A DNA stretch of 64,000 nt from Candidatus Eiseniibacteriota bacterium (GTDB lineage: Bacteria; Eisenbacteria; RBG-16-71-46). A program made the translations under genes and the position numbers. The notes below the pieces were generated by a model. That model was not told the DNA's origin and searched no databases. It saw only the letters and a program-made list of their open reading frames with translations. Location: NCBI GenBank assembly GCA_041483195.1, contig JBGPFC010000013.1, positions 30,437 to 94,436 of the forward strand, read 5' to 3'. Position 1 is the first letter of the stretch. Each line of letters begins with the position of its first letter. Positions 11,903 to 23,423 of the stretch are shown here, in pieces.

Positions 11903-12945
11903 GCGGCCGCGAGCTCCGCGGCAGCCGGCTTTCCGTTCGGCGTGTAGTCCGCGTTCGCGGCACCGCCCGATCCGTCCGCGAGCCAGTTCCACCACCACAG
12001 TCCCGCGATCCACGGCTTGCCGCCGGTGGCTTCGAGCGCGGCCCAGTAGAGATCCGCCTGCTCGGCCACGTCGACGGGCGCGCCGCGATCGAACGCGTAG
12101 GGACGCATGCCCGCGCCGTTCACGCTCGGATAGCCGATCTCCGTGATCAGGATCGGCCTTCCGCTCTGCCGATGAAGGCGCTCGAGACGTTCGAGCCAGG
12201 GCTGCCAGCCCGCGAGCAGCTCGAGGCGGCCCGGATTCTCACGCGACGCCACCGGAAAATAGAAGTCGACGCCCACGCGATCGAGCGCGTCCCAGAACCT
12301 CACGCGCGCGGCTTCGTCCCACGAAGCCGCGTACACGATCTCACCGGAGTAGACCGCGCGCACCTCGCGGATGGTCTCGCGCCACTCCGCCTCGTGCTCG
12401 AGCGTCCCCGCGAGCTCGGTGCCGATCACGAATTGGGGCGCGCCGATCGACTCGGCGAGCGCCGCCCACGGGCGGATGAACGCGCGATAGGCCGCGAACC
12501 ACGCTGCCGCGTCGCCGGGCTCGATGGTGCCGCGCCACCCACCGCCGTCGAGATCGACGTGAGGCTTGAACGCGACGGCGAGCCCGCGCGCGGCGGCCGC
12601 GGCGACCAGCGTGCGCACCGCCCCCGCGCTGGGGGTGCGCGCCGCATCCACGCGCGGGGCGCTCGCGCGCGCGTCCGCCTGGTAGGCGGTGACCACGACC
12701 GGCAGCACGCGCGCCCCGGTGCGCGCGATGGCGTCGAGGGCCGAGAGCGCGGAGGGCGCCGCGTAGCCGTTCGCGGTCCAGTCGGCGAGGATGATCCCGC
12801 GCGCGGGCGCGCGCGGCGCGTGGGCGGGACCGGTGGGCAGCCGATCGCAGGCCACCGCCGCGATCAGGCTCAGCGCCGCGAGGGATCGAAGCGTGCGTCC
12901 TGCGCGGCGGCCGCGCGGGGCCGGCAACTCCCGCCTCGCGCTCAG
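11893..12945 (-). CDS. Glycoside hydrolase family 113-like TIM-barrel, probable lipoprotein
   Basis: [43 protein letters not shown] and GLWWWNW motifs; lipobox-like LIAAVAC; start approximate. Confidence 0.8.
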   Translation of the reverse strand: MSARRELPAPRGRRAGRTLRSLAALSLIAAVACDRLPTGPAHAPRAPARGIILADWTANGYAAPSALSALDAIARTGARVLPVVVTAYQADARASAPRVDAARTPSAGAVRTLVAAAAARGLAVAFKPHVDLDGGGWRGTIEPGDAAAWFAAYRAFIRPWAALAESIGAPQFVIGTELAGTLEHEAEWRETIREVRAVYSGEIVYAASWDEAARVRFWDALDRVGVDFYFPVASRENPGRLELLAGWQPWLERLERLHRQSGRPILITEIGYPSVNGAGMRPYAFDRGAPVDVAEQADLYWAALEATGGKPWIAGLWWWNWLADGSGGAANADYTPNGKPAAAELAAAWR

Positions 12946-15077
12946 TACGCCGCGAGCTCGCGAATCGCCCGCAGCATGTCGGCCTTCTGCGGAAGGATGT
13001 GATCCTCGAGCTGGGGCGAGTAGGCGACCGGGGTGTCGAGCGCCGCGACGCGACGCACCGGGGCGTCGAGGTCCATGAAGCACTCCGACGCGATGCGGGC
13101 CGCGACCTCGGCGCCGTAACCACAGAACAGCGTGTCCTCGTGCGCGACGATCACGCGTCCGGTCTTCTGCACGGAGCGCGCGACACTCTCGAAGTCGAGC
13201 GGCTGGAGCGTGCGCAGGTCGAGGATCTCGGTCTCGATGCCCTCCTCGGCCAGCTCCTGCGCGGCGAGGTAACTGCGCTGCACCATCGCGCCATAGGTCA
13301 CCACCGTGAGGTCGTGGCCGGAGCGCACCAGACGCGCTCGGCCGAATGGCACGGTGTAGTCGGGGCCGGGATACGGTCCCTTCGCGTAGGGCTGGCGGTA
13401 GAGGTGCTTGTGCTCGAGGAACAGCACCGGATCCTCGCAGCGCAGCGCGGTGCGCATCAGCCCGTTCGCGTCGAGCGCGGTGCTGGGCAATACCACGCGC
13501 AGCCCCGGACAGTGCGCGAAGATGCTCTCGCCGCACTGGCTGTGATACGGCGCGCCTCCGCGCAGGTATCCGCCGTAGGCGGTGCGGATGATGACCGGGC
13601 ACGCGAACGCGTTGTTGGAGCGGTAGCGCATGTATCCCAGCTCGTTTCGGATCTGCATCATCGCCGGCCAGATGTAGTCGAAGAACTGCACCTCGACCAC
13701 CGGCCGGAAGCCCAGCGTCGCGAGGCCGATCGCGCGTCCCACGATGTTGGCCTCGGCGAGCGGCGAGTTGTAGACGCGGGTGCTTCCGAACTGTTTCTGG
13801 AGCCCCCACGTGACCCCGAACACTCCGCCCTTTCCCCGGGTCTCGTCCAGCACCTGCTCGCGTGAGGCGTCTGCGATGTCCTCGCCGAACATCAGGATTC
13901 GCGGGTCGCGGCGCATCTCGTCGCGCAGGCAGTAGTTGATGTTCTGGAGCATGGTCTCGTTCGAGGCCGGGTTCTCGATGCTCGGTTCCACCGCGAACCG
14001 CTCCGAGGTGGGATCGACGTCCGGCGAGAACACGTAGAGCGTGGCGGTCGAGGTCGCGGGCTGGGCGCTCTGCTGCGCCTCCTCGCTGGAGCGCCGGATC
14101 AGGGCGAGTGCCTCCTGCTCGATTCGCTCCAGCCCTTCACGGTCGGCGAAGCCCTCGTCGATCAGGAAGCGCGCGTAGGTCCGCAGGCAATCCTTCTCGG
14201 CTTCGGTGTCGCGTTCCGCCTTCGAGCGATACTTGGTCTCGTCATCCGACATCGAGTGCGAGTAGGGGCGCGTGACGAGCGCGCGCACCAGCGCGGGGCC
14301 GCGTCGCGCCCGGCAGTGATCGATCGCCTCCTTCAGGATCCCGTACGACTCGACCGGGTCGCTGCCGTTGATCTCCCCCACCCAGTGCAGATTCGGGAAG
14401 TTGCGCACCAGCTGCGCGACGTTGCCCCCCGCGGTCTGAACGTCGACCGGAACCGAGATCGCGTAGCCGTTGTCCTCGATCAGGAACAGCACCGGCAGCT
14501 TCAGGTTGCACGCCGAATTCATCGCCTCCCAGAACTCGCCTTCGCTGGTGGTGCCGTCGCCCGCCGTGACCAGCACGACGTCGTCGCCGTGCGCGCGGCC
14601 GCGCAGCGAAGGATGCTCGCCCTCGAGCGCCGAGTACTTCACCAGCGCCTCGGCCGCGCCCACCGCCTGGAGGAACTGGGTGCCGGTCGGGCTCGACTGC
14701 GAAACGATGTGGAGCGCCTGGTGGCCCCAGTGGCTCGGCATCTGGCGGCCGCCCGAGTTGGGATCGTCGGCGGAGGCCAGCGCCGAGAGCAGCATCTCCC
14801 TCGGGGTCATGCCCAGCTGGAGGCAGAGCGCGCGGTCGCGATAGTACGGGTAGAACCAGTCGTACCCGGGACGCAGCAGCTTGCCGGCCGCGATCAGCAC
14901 CGCCTCGTGCCCCGCGCCCGAGATCTGAAAGAAGATCTTGTCCAGCTTCTTGAGGCGAATCTCCTCGTCGTCGAGGCGGCGCGAGGTGAACATCGTGCGG
15001 TAAAAGCCGACCAGGTCGGGGACCGTGAGGCCGTGATAACGGGTTACCGGGGTCGCGGTCGTGCGCGTCGCCGCCAT
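12942..15077 (-). CDS. 2-oxoacid dehydrogenase E1 component, fused alpha/beta subunits
   Basis: ThDP-binding GDGTTSEG...[29 protein letters not shown] and FLEHK motifs. Confidence 0.93.
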   Translation of the reverse strand: MAATRTTATPVTRYHGLTVPDLVGFYRTMFTSRRLDDEEIRLKKLDKIFFQISGAGHEAVLIAAGKLLRPGYDWFYPYYRDRALCLQLGMTPREMLLSALASADDPNSGGRQMPSHWGHQALHIVSQSSPTGTQFLQAVGAAEALVKYSALEGEHPSLRGRAHGDDVVLVTAGDGTTSEGEFWEAMNSACNLKLPVLFLIEDNGYAISVPVDVQTAGGNVAQLVRNFPNLHWVGEINGSDPVESYGILKEAIDHCRARRGPALVRALVTRPYSHSMSDDETKYRSKAERDTEAEKDCLRTYARFLIDEGFADREGLERIEQEALALIRRSSEEAQQSAQPATSTATLYVFSPDVDPTSERFAVEPSIENPASNETMLQNINYCLRDEMRRDPRILMFGEDIADASREQVLDETRGKGGVFGVTWGLQKQFGSTRVYNSPLAEANIVGRAIGLATLGFRPVVEVQFFDYIWPAMMQIRNELGYMRYRSNNAFACPVIIRTAYGGYLRGGAPYHSQCGESIFAHCPGLRVVLPSTALDANGLMRTALRCEDPVLFLEHKHLYRQPYAKGPYPGPDYTVPFGRARLVRSGHDLTVVTYGAMVQRSYLAAQELAEEGIETEILDLRTLQPLDFESVARSVQKTGRVIVAHEDTLFCGYGAEVAARIASECFMDLDAPVRRVAALDTPVAYSPQLEDHILPQKADMLRAIRELAAY

Positions 15078-15177
15078 CGGAATGGCTTCTCCTTGCGCTA
15101 GAGGGTCCAGACTCCACGAAAGACTAGCCGACCGCACGCGACGCTTCAACCGCGGGGACCGCGCGACCCGCGGCGCT

Positions 15178-16896
15178 TCAGGCCGACGCGCGCGGGCGAG
15201 GATCGCGGCGTGCGCCGCTCAGCAGCAGGCCCACCGCCATCACCACCCCGCAGCCGATCAGGTTGTACCAGAGGAACGAGATGCGCGTGAGCCGGAAGCA
15301 CGCGATCACCACGGTTTCCGCGACGATCGCGCCCCAGAACACGGCGGAGCCGCCCACCCGCTTCAGCAGGAACGCTGTGAGGAAGATGCCGAGGATGGTG
15401 CCGTAGAAGAGCGAGCCCAGGATGTTGACCGCCTCGATCAGGCTCCCGAGCCGCGCCGCGTACTCCGCGAATCCGACCGCGAAGGCGGCCCAGATCACGG
15501 TCGCCCATCGCGAGACGTCGAGCTCGTGGCGGGCGACGGTCTCGGATCCGGCCGGCACACTCGAACGCAGGCGGCGCCACACATCCACGACCGTGGTCGA
15601 CGCGAGCGCGCTCATCTCAGCGGAGCTGGAGTTCATCGAGGCGGCGAACATCGCCGCCAGCACCAGGCCGATCAGCCCGATCGGGAGGTGGTGGAGCACG
15701 AAGGTGAGGAAGACGTAGTTCGTGTCGCTGGTCTGCGCGCCGGGATCGGTCGCCTGCACGATCGCCACCGCCTCGCCGCGCAGGCTCTGGGTGGAATCGT
15801 GCGCCGCCCGCAGCGCGCGCCCCGCGGCCGCGATCGCGGCCGCGTCGCCCGCGTGGCGCGCCGCGACCAGCGCCAGCGCCCGATCGCGCCTCGCATCGCT
15901 CGCGCGCGCGTAGCGTCGCTCCAGATCGCGCCACGCCTCGCCGTGCGGACCGCTCGCGGCCTTGTGCGATTCCACGGGATTGAAGAACAGCGGAGCGGGC
16001 GCGAACTGGTAGAACGCGAACACCATCACCCCGAGCAGCAGGATGAAGAGCTGCATCGGCACCTTCACCATTCCGTTGAACAGCAGCCCCAGCCGGCTCT
16101 GCGTCACCGACCGGCCGGACAGGTAGCGGCCGACCTCCGACTGGTCGGTTCCGAAGTAGGACAGTTGCAGGAAGAACCCGCCGATCAGGCCGGACCACAG
16201 GTTGTATCGGTCGTTCGGATCGAACGCCGGGTTGAGCGCGTTGAAGCGCCCGAGCCGCCCCGCGACCGCGGCGGCGTCGAGGGGTCCCACCCCGTGCGGC
16301 AACGAGCCGAGGATGGTGACGAACGCCGCCACCATGGTGGCCATGATGATGCTGAACTGCAGGACGTGAGAGTGGCTCACCGCACGGCTCCCGCCGCTGG
16401 TGATCGCCAGCGCCACCAGCGCGCCGAGCAGCGCGCAGGTCCAGCCCACGTCCCACCCGAGCAGCACCGAGAGCACCAGGGCGGGCGCGTAGATCGTGAC
16501 CCCGGCCGAGAGACCGCGCTGCACCAGGAACAGCAGGGAGGCGAGCGTTCGCGTCTTCGCATCGAACCGCCCCTCGAGGAACTCGTACGCCGTGAACACC
16601 TTCATGCGGTGGTAGACCGGCACCGCGGTCATGCACAGCACGACCATCGCGAGCGGCAGGCCGAAGTAGAACTGCACGAAGCGCAGCCCGTCCGCGTACC
16701 CCTGGCCCGGCGTCGAGATGAACGTGACCGCGCTCGCCTGGGTCGCCATCACCGAGAGCGCGACCACCGGCCACGGCATGCTGCGATCGGCGAGCAGGTA
16801 GCCGGTGAGATCGCGGTTGCCGCGCCCGCGCCAGTTTCCGTACGCGACGAAGCCGAGCAGCGCGACGCACAGCACGAACCAGTCGAGCGCGCTCAC
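15178..16896 (-). CDS. Sodium:solute symporter (SSS) family transporter
   Basis: Many TM helices; [28 protein letters not shown] and [11 protein letters not shown] motifs. Confidence 0.92.
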   Translation of the reverse strand: MSALDWFVLCVALLGFVAYGNWRGRGNRDLTGYLLADRSMPWPVVALSVMATQASAVTFISTPGQGYADGLRFVQFYFGLPLAMVVLCMTAVPVYHRMKVFTAYEFLEGRFDAKTRTLASLLFLVQRGLSAGVTIYAPALVLSVLLGWDVGWTCALLGALVALAITSGGSRAVSHSHVLQFSIIMATMVAAFVTILGSLPHGVGPLDAAAVAGRLGRFNALNPAFDPNDRYNLWSGLIGGFFLQLSYFGTDQSEVGRYLSGRSVTQSRLGLLFNGMVKVPMQLFILLLGVMVFAFYQFAPAPLFFNPVESHKAASGPHGEAWRDLERRYARASDARRDRALALVAARHAGDAAAIAAAGRALRAAHDSTQSLRGEAVAIVQATDPGAQTSDTNYVFLTFVLHHLPIGLIGLVLAAMFAASMNSSSAEMSALASTTVVDVWRRLRSSVPAGSETVARHELDVSRWATVIWAAFAVGFAEYAARLGSLIEAVNILGSLFYGTILGIFLTAFLLKRVGGSAVFWGAIVAETVVIACFRLTRISFLWYNLIGCGVVMAVGLLLSGARRDPRPRASA

Positions 16897-16936
16897 GAAC
16901 GCCCCCGCGGCGCGCCGCGGGCGGAGCGCGCGGCGA

Positions 16937-17086
16937 TCATGCGAAGCGGTGCGTCAGCCACGCGCACAGCGCGATCAGCGCGATCAGCGCGCCCAGCACC
17001 ACCGCGTAGAGGTTGCGCCAGCGGCCCAGGATCGGCGGCGGCTCCTCCCGTTCGGGGAGAGTCGGCGGCCCCCCGCCCGCGTTCAT
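16937..17086 (-). CDS. Small (49 aa) single-TM protein between PIG-L and SSS genes
   Basis: ATGA overlap with PIG-L stop; EEPPPILGRWRNLYAVVLGALIALIALCAWLTHRFA. Confidence 0.7.
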   Translation of the reverse strand: MNAGGGPPTLPEREEPPPILGRWRNLYAVVLGALIALIALCAWLTHRFA

Positions 17087-19620
17087 CGCGCGATCTCGCC
17101 GCTCACCAGATTCGCGAACAGGCGGTACGCGCCCGGCACCCCCGCGGGCAGCTGACGGAAGAACGCGAGCCCGGTGTAGATGAACGCGCCCTTTCCGATT
17201 CGCGCGTAGAGCACGCCGCCGTCCCGCGCCGGCTCGCCGGGATCGTTCGCGGACAGCACCGTCTGGTATCGCGGATCCCACGGCCTCGCGTACCAGAGCC
17301 CGCGCTCCTGGACCCAGCCCGCGAAATCGGCGGGCGTGATCCGGTTGGGCGTGGTGAGCAGCGCGTGCGCCGGCAGCAGCGGGCGCATCTCGGCCTCCTC
17401 GACCGTGACGCGATCGCTCGAGACCTTGAACGGAAACGGGCCCAGTCGGTCGTCGAGCGCGGGATCGGGGGTCTGGTACTGCGTCACCAGCCGGCCCCCG
17501 CCCGCCGCATACGCGAGCAGCCGCGGCACCAGCGCCCTGAGCCGCGGCCGCGTGTTGTACGCGCGCACGCCGATCACGATCGCGTCGAAGCGCGAGAGCT
17601 CTTCGCGCTCCAGGCTCTCGTCGCCGAGCGCCGTCACGCGGTATCCCATCTGCTGGAGCGCCTCTGGCACCTGATCGCCGGAGCCCATCACGTAGCCAAC
17701 GGTCGAGCCGCGATGGCGGACTTCCGCGCGCACCAGGTGCGCCTCGGCCGGGGGCAGCAGGGTCTGGATCGGAATGTGCGGATAGTCGAGCCGCACGCGC
17801 TGCGCCTCGCAGCGCGTGCCGTCTTCGGTCTCGAACCGCGCGGAGACGATCGCGCCATCGGATGCCGGGCCGGGCATCACGCGGAAGCTCACGGTGGTGT
17901 CGGCTTCGCCGCCGGGCAGCGCGAGCGAGACCCGCGGCGGTTCGGCGCGCCAGCCGCCCGGCAGCCGCAGCTCGAGCGCGCCGCGCACCGGCTGGTCCGC
18001 GGACTGAACCGTGACCCGCAGCTCGCGCGGACGCGCATCCGGGAACAGATAGACGCCATGATCGAACCGGAGCGCGGCGGGCGGTACCACGCACAGGTCG
18101 CGATATCGCTCGCCCTGGACCGGGTCGATCCAGCGATAGACCACCGGAACCTCGAACGTCAGCGTGCGACCGCCGATCGCCACGGCGAAGCGCGCGAGCA
18201 ATGCCGGCTCGTTCTCCGCGCGTCCGATCGCCGACGGATCGCGCAGCTCGAAGGATCCGGGGAGCGGGCGCTCCGAGAGCCAGTAGGGTTCGCTGGTCGG
18301 CATGTCGTGCGGGAGCGCGACCAGCAGCGTGTCGCTGCGGGGCTGGTTCCGCGCGAGCGTCCAGCCCAGCGTGCGCTCGGCCTGTTGCGGGGCAGCTCCC
18401 GTGCCGGCCGCGTGCGAGGTGCGCAGCGCGACGCCCGGCAGCCGCGTCTCGATACCGCTGCGCACCAGCGCCGTCACCACGACCCGCACCCGGGAGCCCG
18501 GGGAGGCGGTGTGCTGGGTCGCGACCGCCTCGAGCCACAGCCCGCTGCATGCGCGGATCGCGTCGTTCAGCTCAATACGCTTGCGGCGCACGATCGGCGT
18601 GTCCTCGAGCTTGCGCATGCGGTCGTAGGCCTCGAGCAGCGTCGGCACCGCCCGCTCCGGGTGCTCCGGGTCGAATTCCCGCGCCGCCTTCGCGAACAGG
18701 GGCGTGAGCGGCGCCGCCCCGGGCACGCGCGACCACCCGAGGTTCACGCCGTCGAACAGGTCGGAGGTCGCGGGCGCGCCGAGCCGGTGCGCGAAAGTGT
18801 TGTCCCACGCGCCGCGGCGCTCCGCCGCCCCGAAGCCCTGGCTCTTGTGCATGCTCCGGCCCTCGCCCCCGATCTCGGTGAAGGAGCGGCCGAGCAGCGG
18901 CTGGTATTCGCCGAGATCCACGTGCAGCCGTCCGCGCGTGGTGTCGGGGCCCTGCTGGCCGAAGCGGAACGCGTTCCACACCAGTCGCGTCGCGCGCCAC
19001 GTCCGCACGCGGCCCAGCTGGTCCGGAAAGCGCGTCGAGTCGGCGGCGGCGGCGAACGCTTCCTCGGCGAGGATCGCGGAAGCGGTGTGATGCCCGTGCC
19101 CGCCGCTGCCGTCGGTCGGGAATCGCGTGATGATCACGTCGGGCTCGAGGCTCCGGATGACCCACACCACGTCGGCGAGGATGCGATCGTGTCCCCACTT
19201 CGCGAGCGTCTCCTCCGGGTTCTTCGAGTAGCCGAAGTCCAGCGCTCGCGCGAAGTACTGCTCGCCGCCGGCGATGCGGCGCGCGGCGAGCAGCTCCTGG
19301 GTGCGGATCACCCCCAGGCGTTCGCCGATGTCGGGCCCGATGAGATTCTGCCCGCCGTCCCCGCGCGTCAGCGAGAGGTACGCGGTGCGCACCATGCGCC
19401 CCTTCGAGAGCCACGCGAGGCACGCCGTGTTCTCATCGTCGGGGTGCGCGCCCACGTAGAGCGCCGTGCCGACCACGTTGAGCCTCTCGATCGCGAGCCG
19501 GAGTCCGGCCGCGTCGAGCGGCTCGGGGGGCCGGGGGTCGGCGTGCAGCGGCAGCGAGCCCATCAGCGCGATCGCGACGAGCGCGAGAGCGAAGCGCATG
19601 GCCGGAATGGAATGCTTCAC
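17083..19620 (-). CDS. PIG-L/LmbE family deacetylase, large secreted form
   Basis: AHPDDE, LTRGDGGQN, IRTQEL, DFGYSK and GHGHH motifs; C-terminal GWVQERG; start uncertain (19599-19662). Confidence 0.9.
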   Translation of the reverse strand: MKHSIPAMRFALALVAIALMGSLPLHADPRPPEPLDAAGLRLAIERLNVVGTALYVGAHPDDENTACLAWLSKGRMVRTAYLSLTRGDGGQNLIGPDIGERLGVIRTQELLAARRIAGGEQYFARALDFGYSKNPEETLAKWGHDRILADVVWVIRSLEPDVIITRFPTDGSGGHGHHTASAILAEEAFAAAADSTRFPDQLGRVRTWRATRLVWNAFRFGQQGPDTTRGRLHVDLGEYQPLLGRSFTEIGGEGRSMHKSQGFGAAERRGAWDNTFAHRLGAPATSDLFDGVNLGWSRVPGAAPLTPLFAKAAREFDPEHPERAVPTLLEAYDRMRKLEDTPIVRRKRIELNDAIRACSGLWLEAVATQHTASPGSRVRVVVTALVRSGIETRLPGVALRTSHAAGTGAAPQQAERTLGWTLARNQPRSDTLLVALPHDMPTSEPYWLSERPLPGSFELRDPSAIGRAENEPALLARFAVAIGGRTLTFEVPVVYRWIDPVQGERYRDLCVVPPAALRFDHGVYLFPDARPRELRVTVQSADQPVRGALELRLPGGWRAEPPRVSLALPGGEADTTVSFRVMPGPASDGAIVSARFETEDGTRCEAQRVRLDYPHIPIQTLLPPAEAHLVRAEVRHRGSTVGYVMGSGDQVPEALQQMGYRVTALGDESLEREELSRFDAIVIGVRAYNTRPRLRALVPRLLAYAAGGGRLVTQYQTPDPALDDRLGPFPFKVSSDRVTVEEAEMRPLLPAHALLTTPNRITPADFAGWVQERGLWYARPWDPRYQTVLSANDPGEPARDGGVLYARIGKGAFIYTGLAFFRQLPAGVPGAYRLFANLVSGEIAR

Positions 19621-19868
19621 GAGTGCCTCCCTGATTGAGCTCGAGCCACGAGGATCCGCCATGGGCCACCGGCCGCCCGCGTGGCGCGGCAGATTACACG
19701 CGCGGCGCCCGGCCCACCACCGCGCCGCGGCGCCGGAAGCGAGCCGCGCGCGACTACCCCATGAGTCGCCTTGCCGGCGCGATGGCCGGCGCGCACACTG
19801 CGCTGAACGCAGTATGCTCGCGGAGCCGTGGTCTCATCCGTCACGCCGCGAGACTACACGATGGAGGC

Positions 19869-20639
19869 ATGGTGATCGCGAGCCGCGTTCTGCTGGGTGG
19901 GCTGATCGTGCTGCTCCCGCTCGCGATCGACGTTCCCGGTCCGGCGCGCGACAGCAGCGAGACCCGCGTGTCGCTCTCGGGCGGCACTGGAAGCTACGCG
20001 ATCATCGCTCGCGCCTGTGACAACTCCGTGGTCAATCGCCGTTCGGTCCACTTCACCGACCAGAGCGCCTCCCTCGACCACAAATTCGCGAGCCCGGTCC
20101 GGCTCGGGGTGCGCGCCGGGCTGCTCGATGACGAGGGAGCGACCGACGGCGCCAACCGCTACATCAATCCAAACTTCTCGCTCGACTGGCGGCTCGCCTC
20201 GGTCGGCGCCGGATACTTCGAGGCGCGGAACGATCTTCCGACCGGCGAGGGCGCGATCTTTCGCAAGCAACTCAGCTTCCACGTCCGGTTCGGCGATCCG
20301 AAGTCGGGCGCGGTGTGGGCCGAATTCCTCGAGAGCGAGCCGCTCTATTCGGGCGGGGGCTACTTCTGCGCGGGAGCCGAGACGCAGGTCGGGCGCGTGG
20401 TTAGTTTCAAGCTCGGGCTCAGCGTCCGGCCGTACGACGCAGGCGGGGTTTCCGCGCGGGGGGAGTTTCGGATCGCGCCCGCGCTCGACGCCGTGCTCAA
20501 GGCGCGGCTCGGGGAGTCCGCGGGCATCGGCGAGAACGCGTTCGCGGCGGGGTTGACCTACCGCATGTGGGGCCGCGGACACTTCGTGCGCCCCGCGCGC
20601 GCCGCCCCGGCGCAGCCCGATACCGCGCGCGGCCCATAA
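19869..20639 (+). CDS. Hypothetical exported/outer-membrane beta-rich protein
   Basis: N-terminal hydrophobic segment, alternating beta-strand pattern, AAGLTYRMW near C-terminus. Confidence 0.6.
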   Translation: MVIASRVLLGGLIVLLPLAIDVPGPARDSSETRVSLSGGTGSYAIIARACDNSVVNRRSVHFTDQSASLDHKFASPVRLGVRAGLLDDEGATDGANRYINPNFSLDWRLASVGAGYFEARNDLPTGEGAIFRKQLSFHVRFGDPKSGAVWAEFLESEPLYSGGGYFCAGAETQVGRVVSFKLGLSVRPYDAGGVSARGEFRIAPALDAVLKARLGESAGIGENAFAAGLTYRMWGRGHFVRPARAAPAQPDTARGP

Positions 20640-20676
20640 TCATCGCGCATCGGGCGCGCTCCCTACCCTGGCGCGC

Positions 20677-22407
20677 TCAGTACCCGAGCGCGCAGCCGTC
20701 TTTGCGCTTCTCCGTTGCGCCGGCGTACATGCCGGTCGAGGGATCGCGCCAGATCGCCTGATAGCCGCCGTACGAGCCGACCGACTCGGGCTTGAGCACG
20801 TGGCCGCGCCGGGCCAGCTCGTCGAGCACCGACTGCGGCAGCCCGTCCTCGATGTGGAGCACGCCGCCATCCAGCATCACCGTGCCGGTGGGCTCGCTCG
20901 AGCCGGTGTGGTGGAACCGCGCCGCGTCCCCCGCCTCCTGCAAGTTCATTCCCAAGTCGACGAGGTTCACGATCACCTGCGCATGACCCTGCGGCTGCAT
21001 GTCGCCGCCCATCACGCCGAACGCCATGAGCGGCCGGCCATTCTGCGTGACGAACGCGGGGATGATGGTCTGGAACGGGCGCTTGCCGGGCTCGAGCCGG
21101 TTGGGATGACCGGCGTGGAGCGAGAACAGCCCGCCGCGATCCTGGATTCCGAATCCCAGCTCCGGCACGACGTAACCCGAGCCGAAGCCGGTGTAGTTGC
21201 TCTGGATCAGCGACACCATCATGCCGTTCGCGTCGGCGGTGCACAGATAGGTCGTCTCCTTGCGATCCAGCGCCGCGACCTCTCCCGGCGCGTCGGCGGT
21301 GGCGGCGTGCCGCATGTCGATCAGCGATGCGCGCTGCTTCGCATATTCCTTCGACAGCAGCTGCGCGACCGGCACCTTCGCGAACGCCGGATCGGCGTAG
21401 TAGCGCGCGCGGTCGGCGAAGGCCAGCTTCTTGGCTTCGACGAACACGTGCCAGTAGTCGGCGGAGCCGCGGCCCATCGCCTTCAGATCGAAGTTCTCGA
21501 GAATGTTCAGCAGCTGGAGCGCGGCGAGGCCCTGGCTGTTGGGCGGCATCTCCCACACCGTAACGCCGTGGTAGTCGGTCGAGATCGGTGCGTCCCAGGT
21601 CGAGTGATGGCGCGAGAAATCTTCCTTCGCGAAGAATCCGCCGTTGGCCTTCGAGTAGCGCACCAGCGCATCGGCGATCGGTCCGTCGTAGTAGGCGTCG
21701 CGACCGCGCTCGGCGAGCAGGCGCAGCGTCTTCGCGAGCGCCGGGTTCTTGAACAGCTCGCCCTCGTGCGGCGCGCGGCCGCCCGGCATGAAGACCTCCT
21801 TGAAGCCGGGCTTGTCCGCGAACACCTTCGTCGAGCGCCCCCAGTCTCCGGCGATCACCGGCGAGAGCGGGAAGCCCTCTTCCGCGTAGCGGATCGCGGG
21901 CGCGAGAATCTGCCGCATCGGGAGCTTGCCGTACTTCGCGTGCAACGTGAACCAGCCGTCGCATGCGCCGGGCACCGTCCACGAGAACGGCGAGTAGAGC
22001 GGGATGGTGCCGTCCGAGTCGGGCTTCACCTGGTCCGCGGTGAGCGCGAGCGGCGCGCGCCCCGACGCGTTGAGGCCCACCACCTGCCTGGTGCTCGGGT
22101 CCCACACCAGCGCGAACAGATCGCCGCCGAGCCCGTTCGCCGTCGGCTCCATCAGTCCGAGGCAGGCGTTGGCCGCGATCGCGGCGTCCACGGCGGTGCC
22201 GCCCGCCTTCAGCATCTCGAGGCCGGCCTGCACCGCGAGCGGCTGCGCCGCGCACACCATGCCGTGTTGGGCCCAGACCACGGATCGCGTCGCGGTGCCG
22301 CGACCGAGCGCGGCCTGGGTCGTCGAGTCGTTGCTCATGAGCAGAACGAACGCGACCGCGAGCGCGAGTGCGCGCGGCGCGAGCGTGGACCGGAGCGGAC
22401 GAAGCAT
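20677..22407 (-). CDS. ggt: Gamma-glutamyltransferase
   Basis: GGTAVDAAIA, GLGGDLF, TVPG, PPNSQG, nucleophile ETTYL and GVMGGDMQPQG motifs. Confidence 0.93.
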   Translation of the reverse strand: MLRPLRSTLAPRALALAVAFVLLMSNDSTTQAALGRGTATRSVVWAQHGMVCAAQPLAVQAGLEMLKAGGTAVDAAIAANACLGLMEPTANGLGGDLFALVWDPSTRQVVGLNASGRAPLALTADQVKPDSDGTIPLYSPFSWTVPGACDGWFTLHAKYGKLPMRQILAPAIRYAEEGFPLSPVIAGDWGRSTKVFADKPGFKEVFMPGGRAPHEGELFKNPALAKTLRLLAERGRDAYYDGPIADALVRYSKANGGFFAKEDFSRHHSTWDAPISTDYHGVTVWEMPPNSQGLAALQLLNILENFDLKAMGRGSADYWHVFVEAKKLAFADRARYYADPAFAKVPVAQLLSKEYAKQRASLIDMRHAATADAPGEVAALDRKETTYLCTADANGMMVSLIQSNYTGFGSGYVVPELGFGIQDRGGLFSLHAGHPNRLEPGKRPFQTIIPAFVTQNGRPLMAFGVMGGDMQPQGHAQVIVNLVDLGMNLQEAGDAARFHHTGSSEPTGTVMLDGGVLHIEDGLPQSVLDELARRGHVLKPESVGSYGGYQAIWRDPSTGMYAGATEKRKDGCALGY

Positions 22408-22623
22408 GGCGAATCCTCCCCTCGTGATGGACGCATGATGAGGCGAGCCTAGGCGAAACGCGGGGCCGCGCACAACACCGGCCCGCAAACCACGTAACCG
22501 TCGCCCGCGGCGGTCGGCAGGCACGCGCCCCGGAGAATCCGCGCGGTCGCTTGACCCGACGCCCCCTTCCTGAAATCCTGCCGCGGTTCATCGTCCCATC
22601 CCGCATCCTGGAGAGCTCGCTCC

Positions 22624-23304
22624 ATGCGCCGCACCCCGCTGGTGACGCTCGCGATCGCCGTGCTCGCGATCGCCGTTGCACGTCCCGGCGAAGCCGCCGT
22701 CTCGGTGGGGCTGCACTTCAACGGCGGGTACGATCGGTACGCGATGGGTGACTGGGCGGACCTCATGACCGGACTCCGTGTCCCCCGTGACTTCTTCGGC
22801 ACCGTGGACGCCGGCCACACCTTCGGCGTCGGCCCCGAGATCCTCTGGGGCGATCACCTCGTCGTGGCCGGCGCGTACGAGCGCATGAGCCCCGCGGAGC
22901 GACGCGGCCCGCTGGACATTTCGCTCCGCCTTCCGACCAACGCCCTCACCCTGACGCTGCGCCTCGAGCGCCGCGCGGGCGCCGCGTTCCGCTACGGGAT
23001 CGGCGGAGGCGCCGGCTATTACCAGGCGGGCGACGAGGTGGAGTTCCGGCCGTTCGCCGAAAACATCTCGGGCAACGGGGTGGGATTCCACGGCGTCGGC
23101 ATCGTCGAGCGGCGTGTTCGAAGCTCGACCTTCGTCACGCTCCAGGCCGGTTACCGCTGGGCGCGGGTCAAGGTGGACGGGATCAACGGGCGGCCCCCGA
23201 CCCGATTCGTGAGCGGAGTCGGACTCCAGCCGCTCGACGTCGATCTCGACTACTCGGGGCTGCTCACGCGCATCGGCCTGCTGTTCCACACGCCGCTGCG
23301 CTGA
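22624..23304 (+). CDS. Putative outer-membrane beta-barrel protein
   Basis: Signal peptide; YGIGGGAGYY, LQAGYRWA and LDYSGLLTRIGLLF strands. Confidence 0.65.
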   Translation: MRRTPLVTLAIAVLAIAVARPGEAAVSVGLHFNGGYDRYAMGDWADLMTGLRVPRDFFGTVDAGHTFGVGPEILWGDHLVVAGAYERMSPAERRGPLDISLRLPTNALTLTLRLERRAGAAFRYGIGGGAGYYQAGDEVEFRPFAENISGNGVGFHGVGIVERRVRSSTFVTLQAGYRWARVKVDGINGRPPTRFVSGVGLQPLDVDLDYSGLLTRIGLLFHTPLR

Positions 23305-23423
23305 GCGCGGGCGCCGCGCGGCTCACGCCCCGTCCGGTTGTCGCCCTCCTGCCCCTTTCCTATACTGCTGCGCAATCGCGCTGCGCCCTCCATGCGTCGC
23401 CCGCACTCCCGAAGGAGCCCGGA

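Noticed and set aside
15061..19638. 1525-aa + strand ORF
   Set aside because: Antisense shadow of the SSS and PIG-L genes; no recognisable domain.
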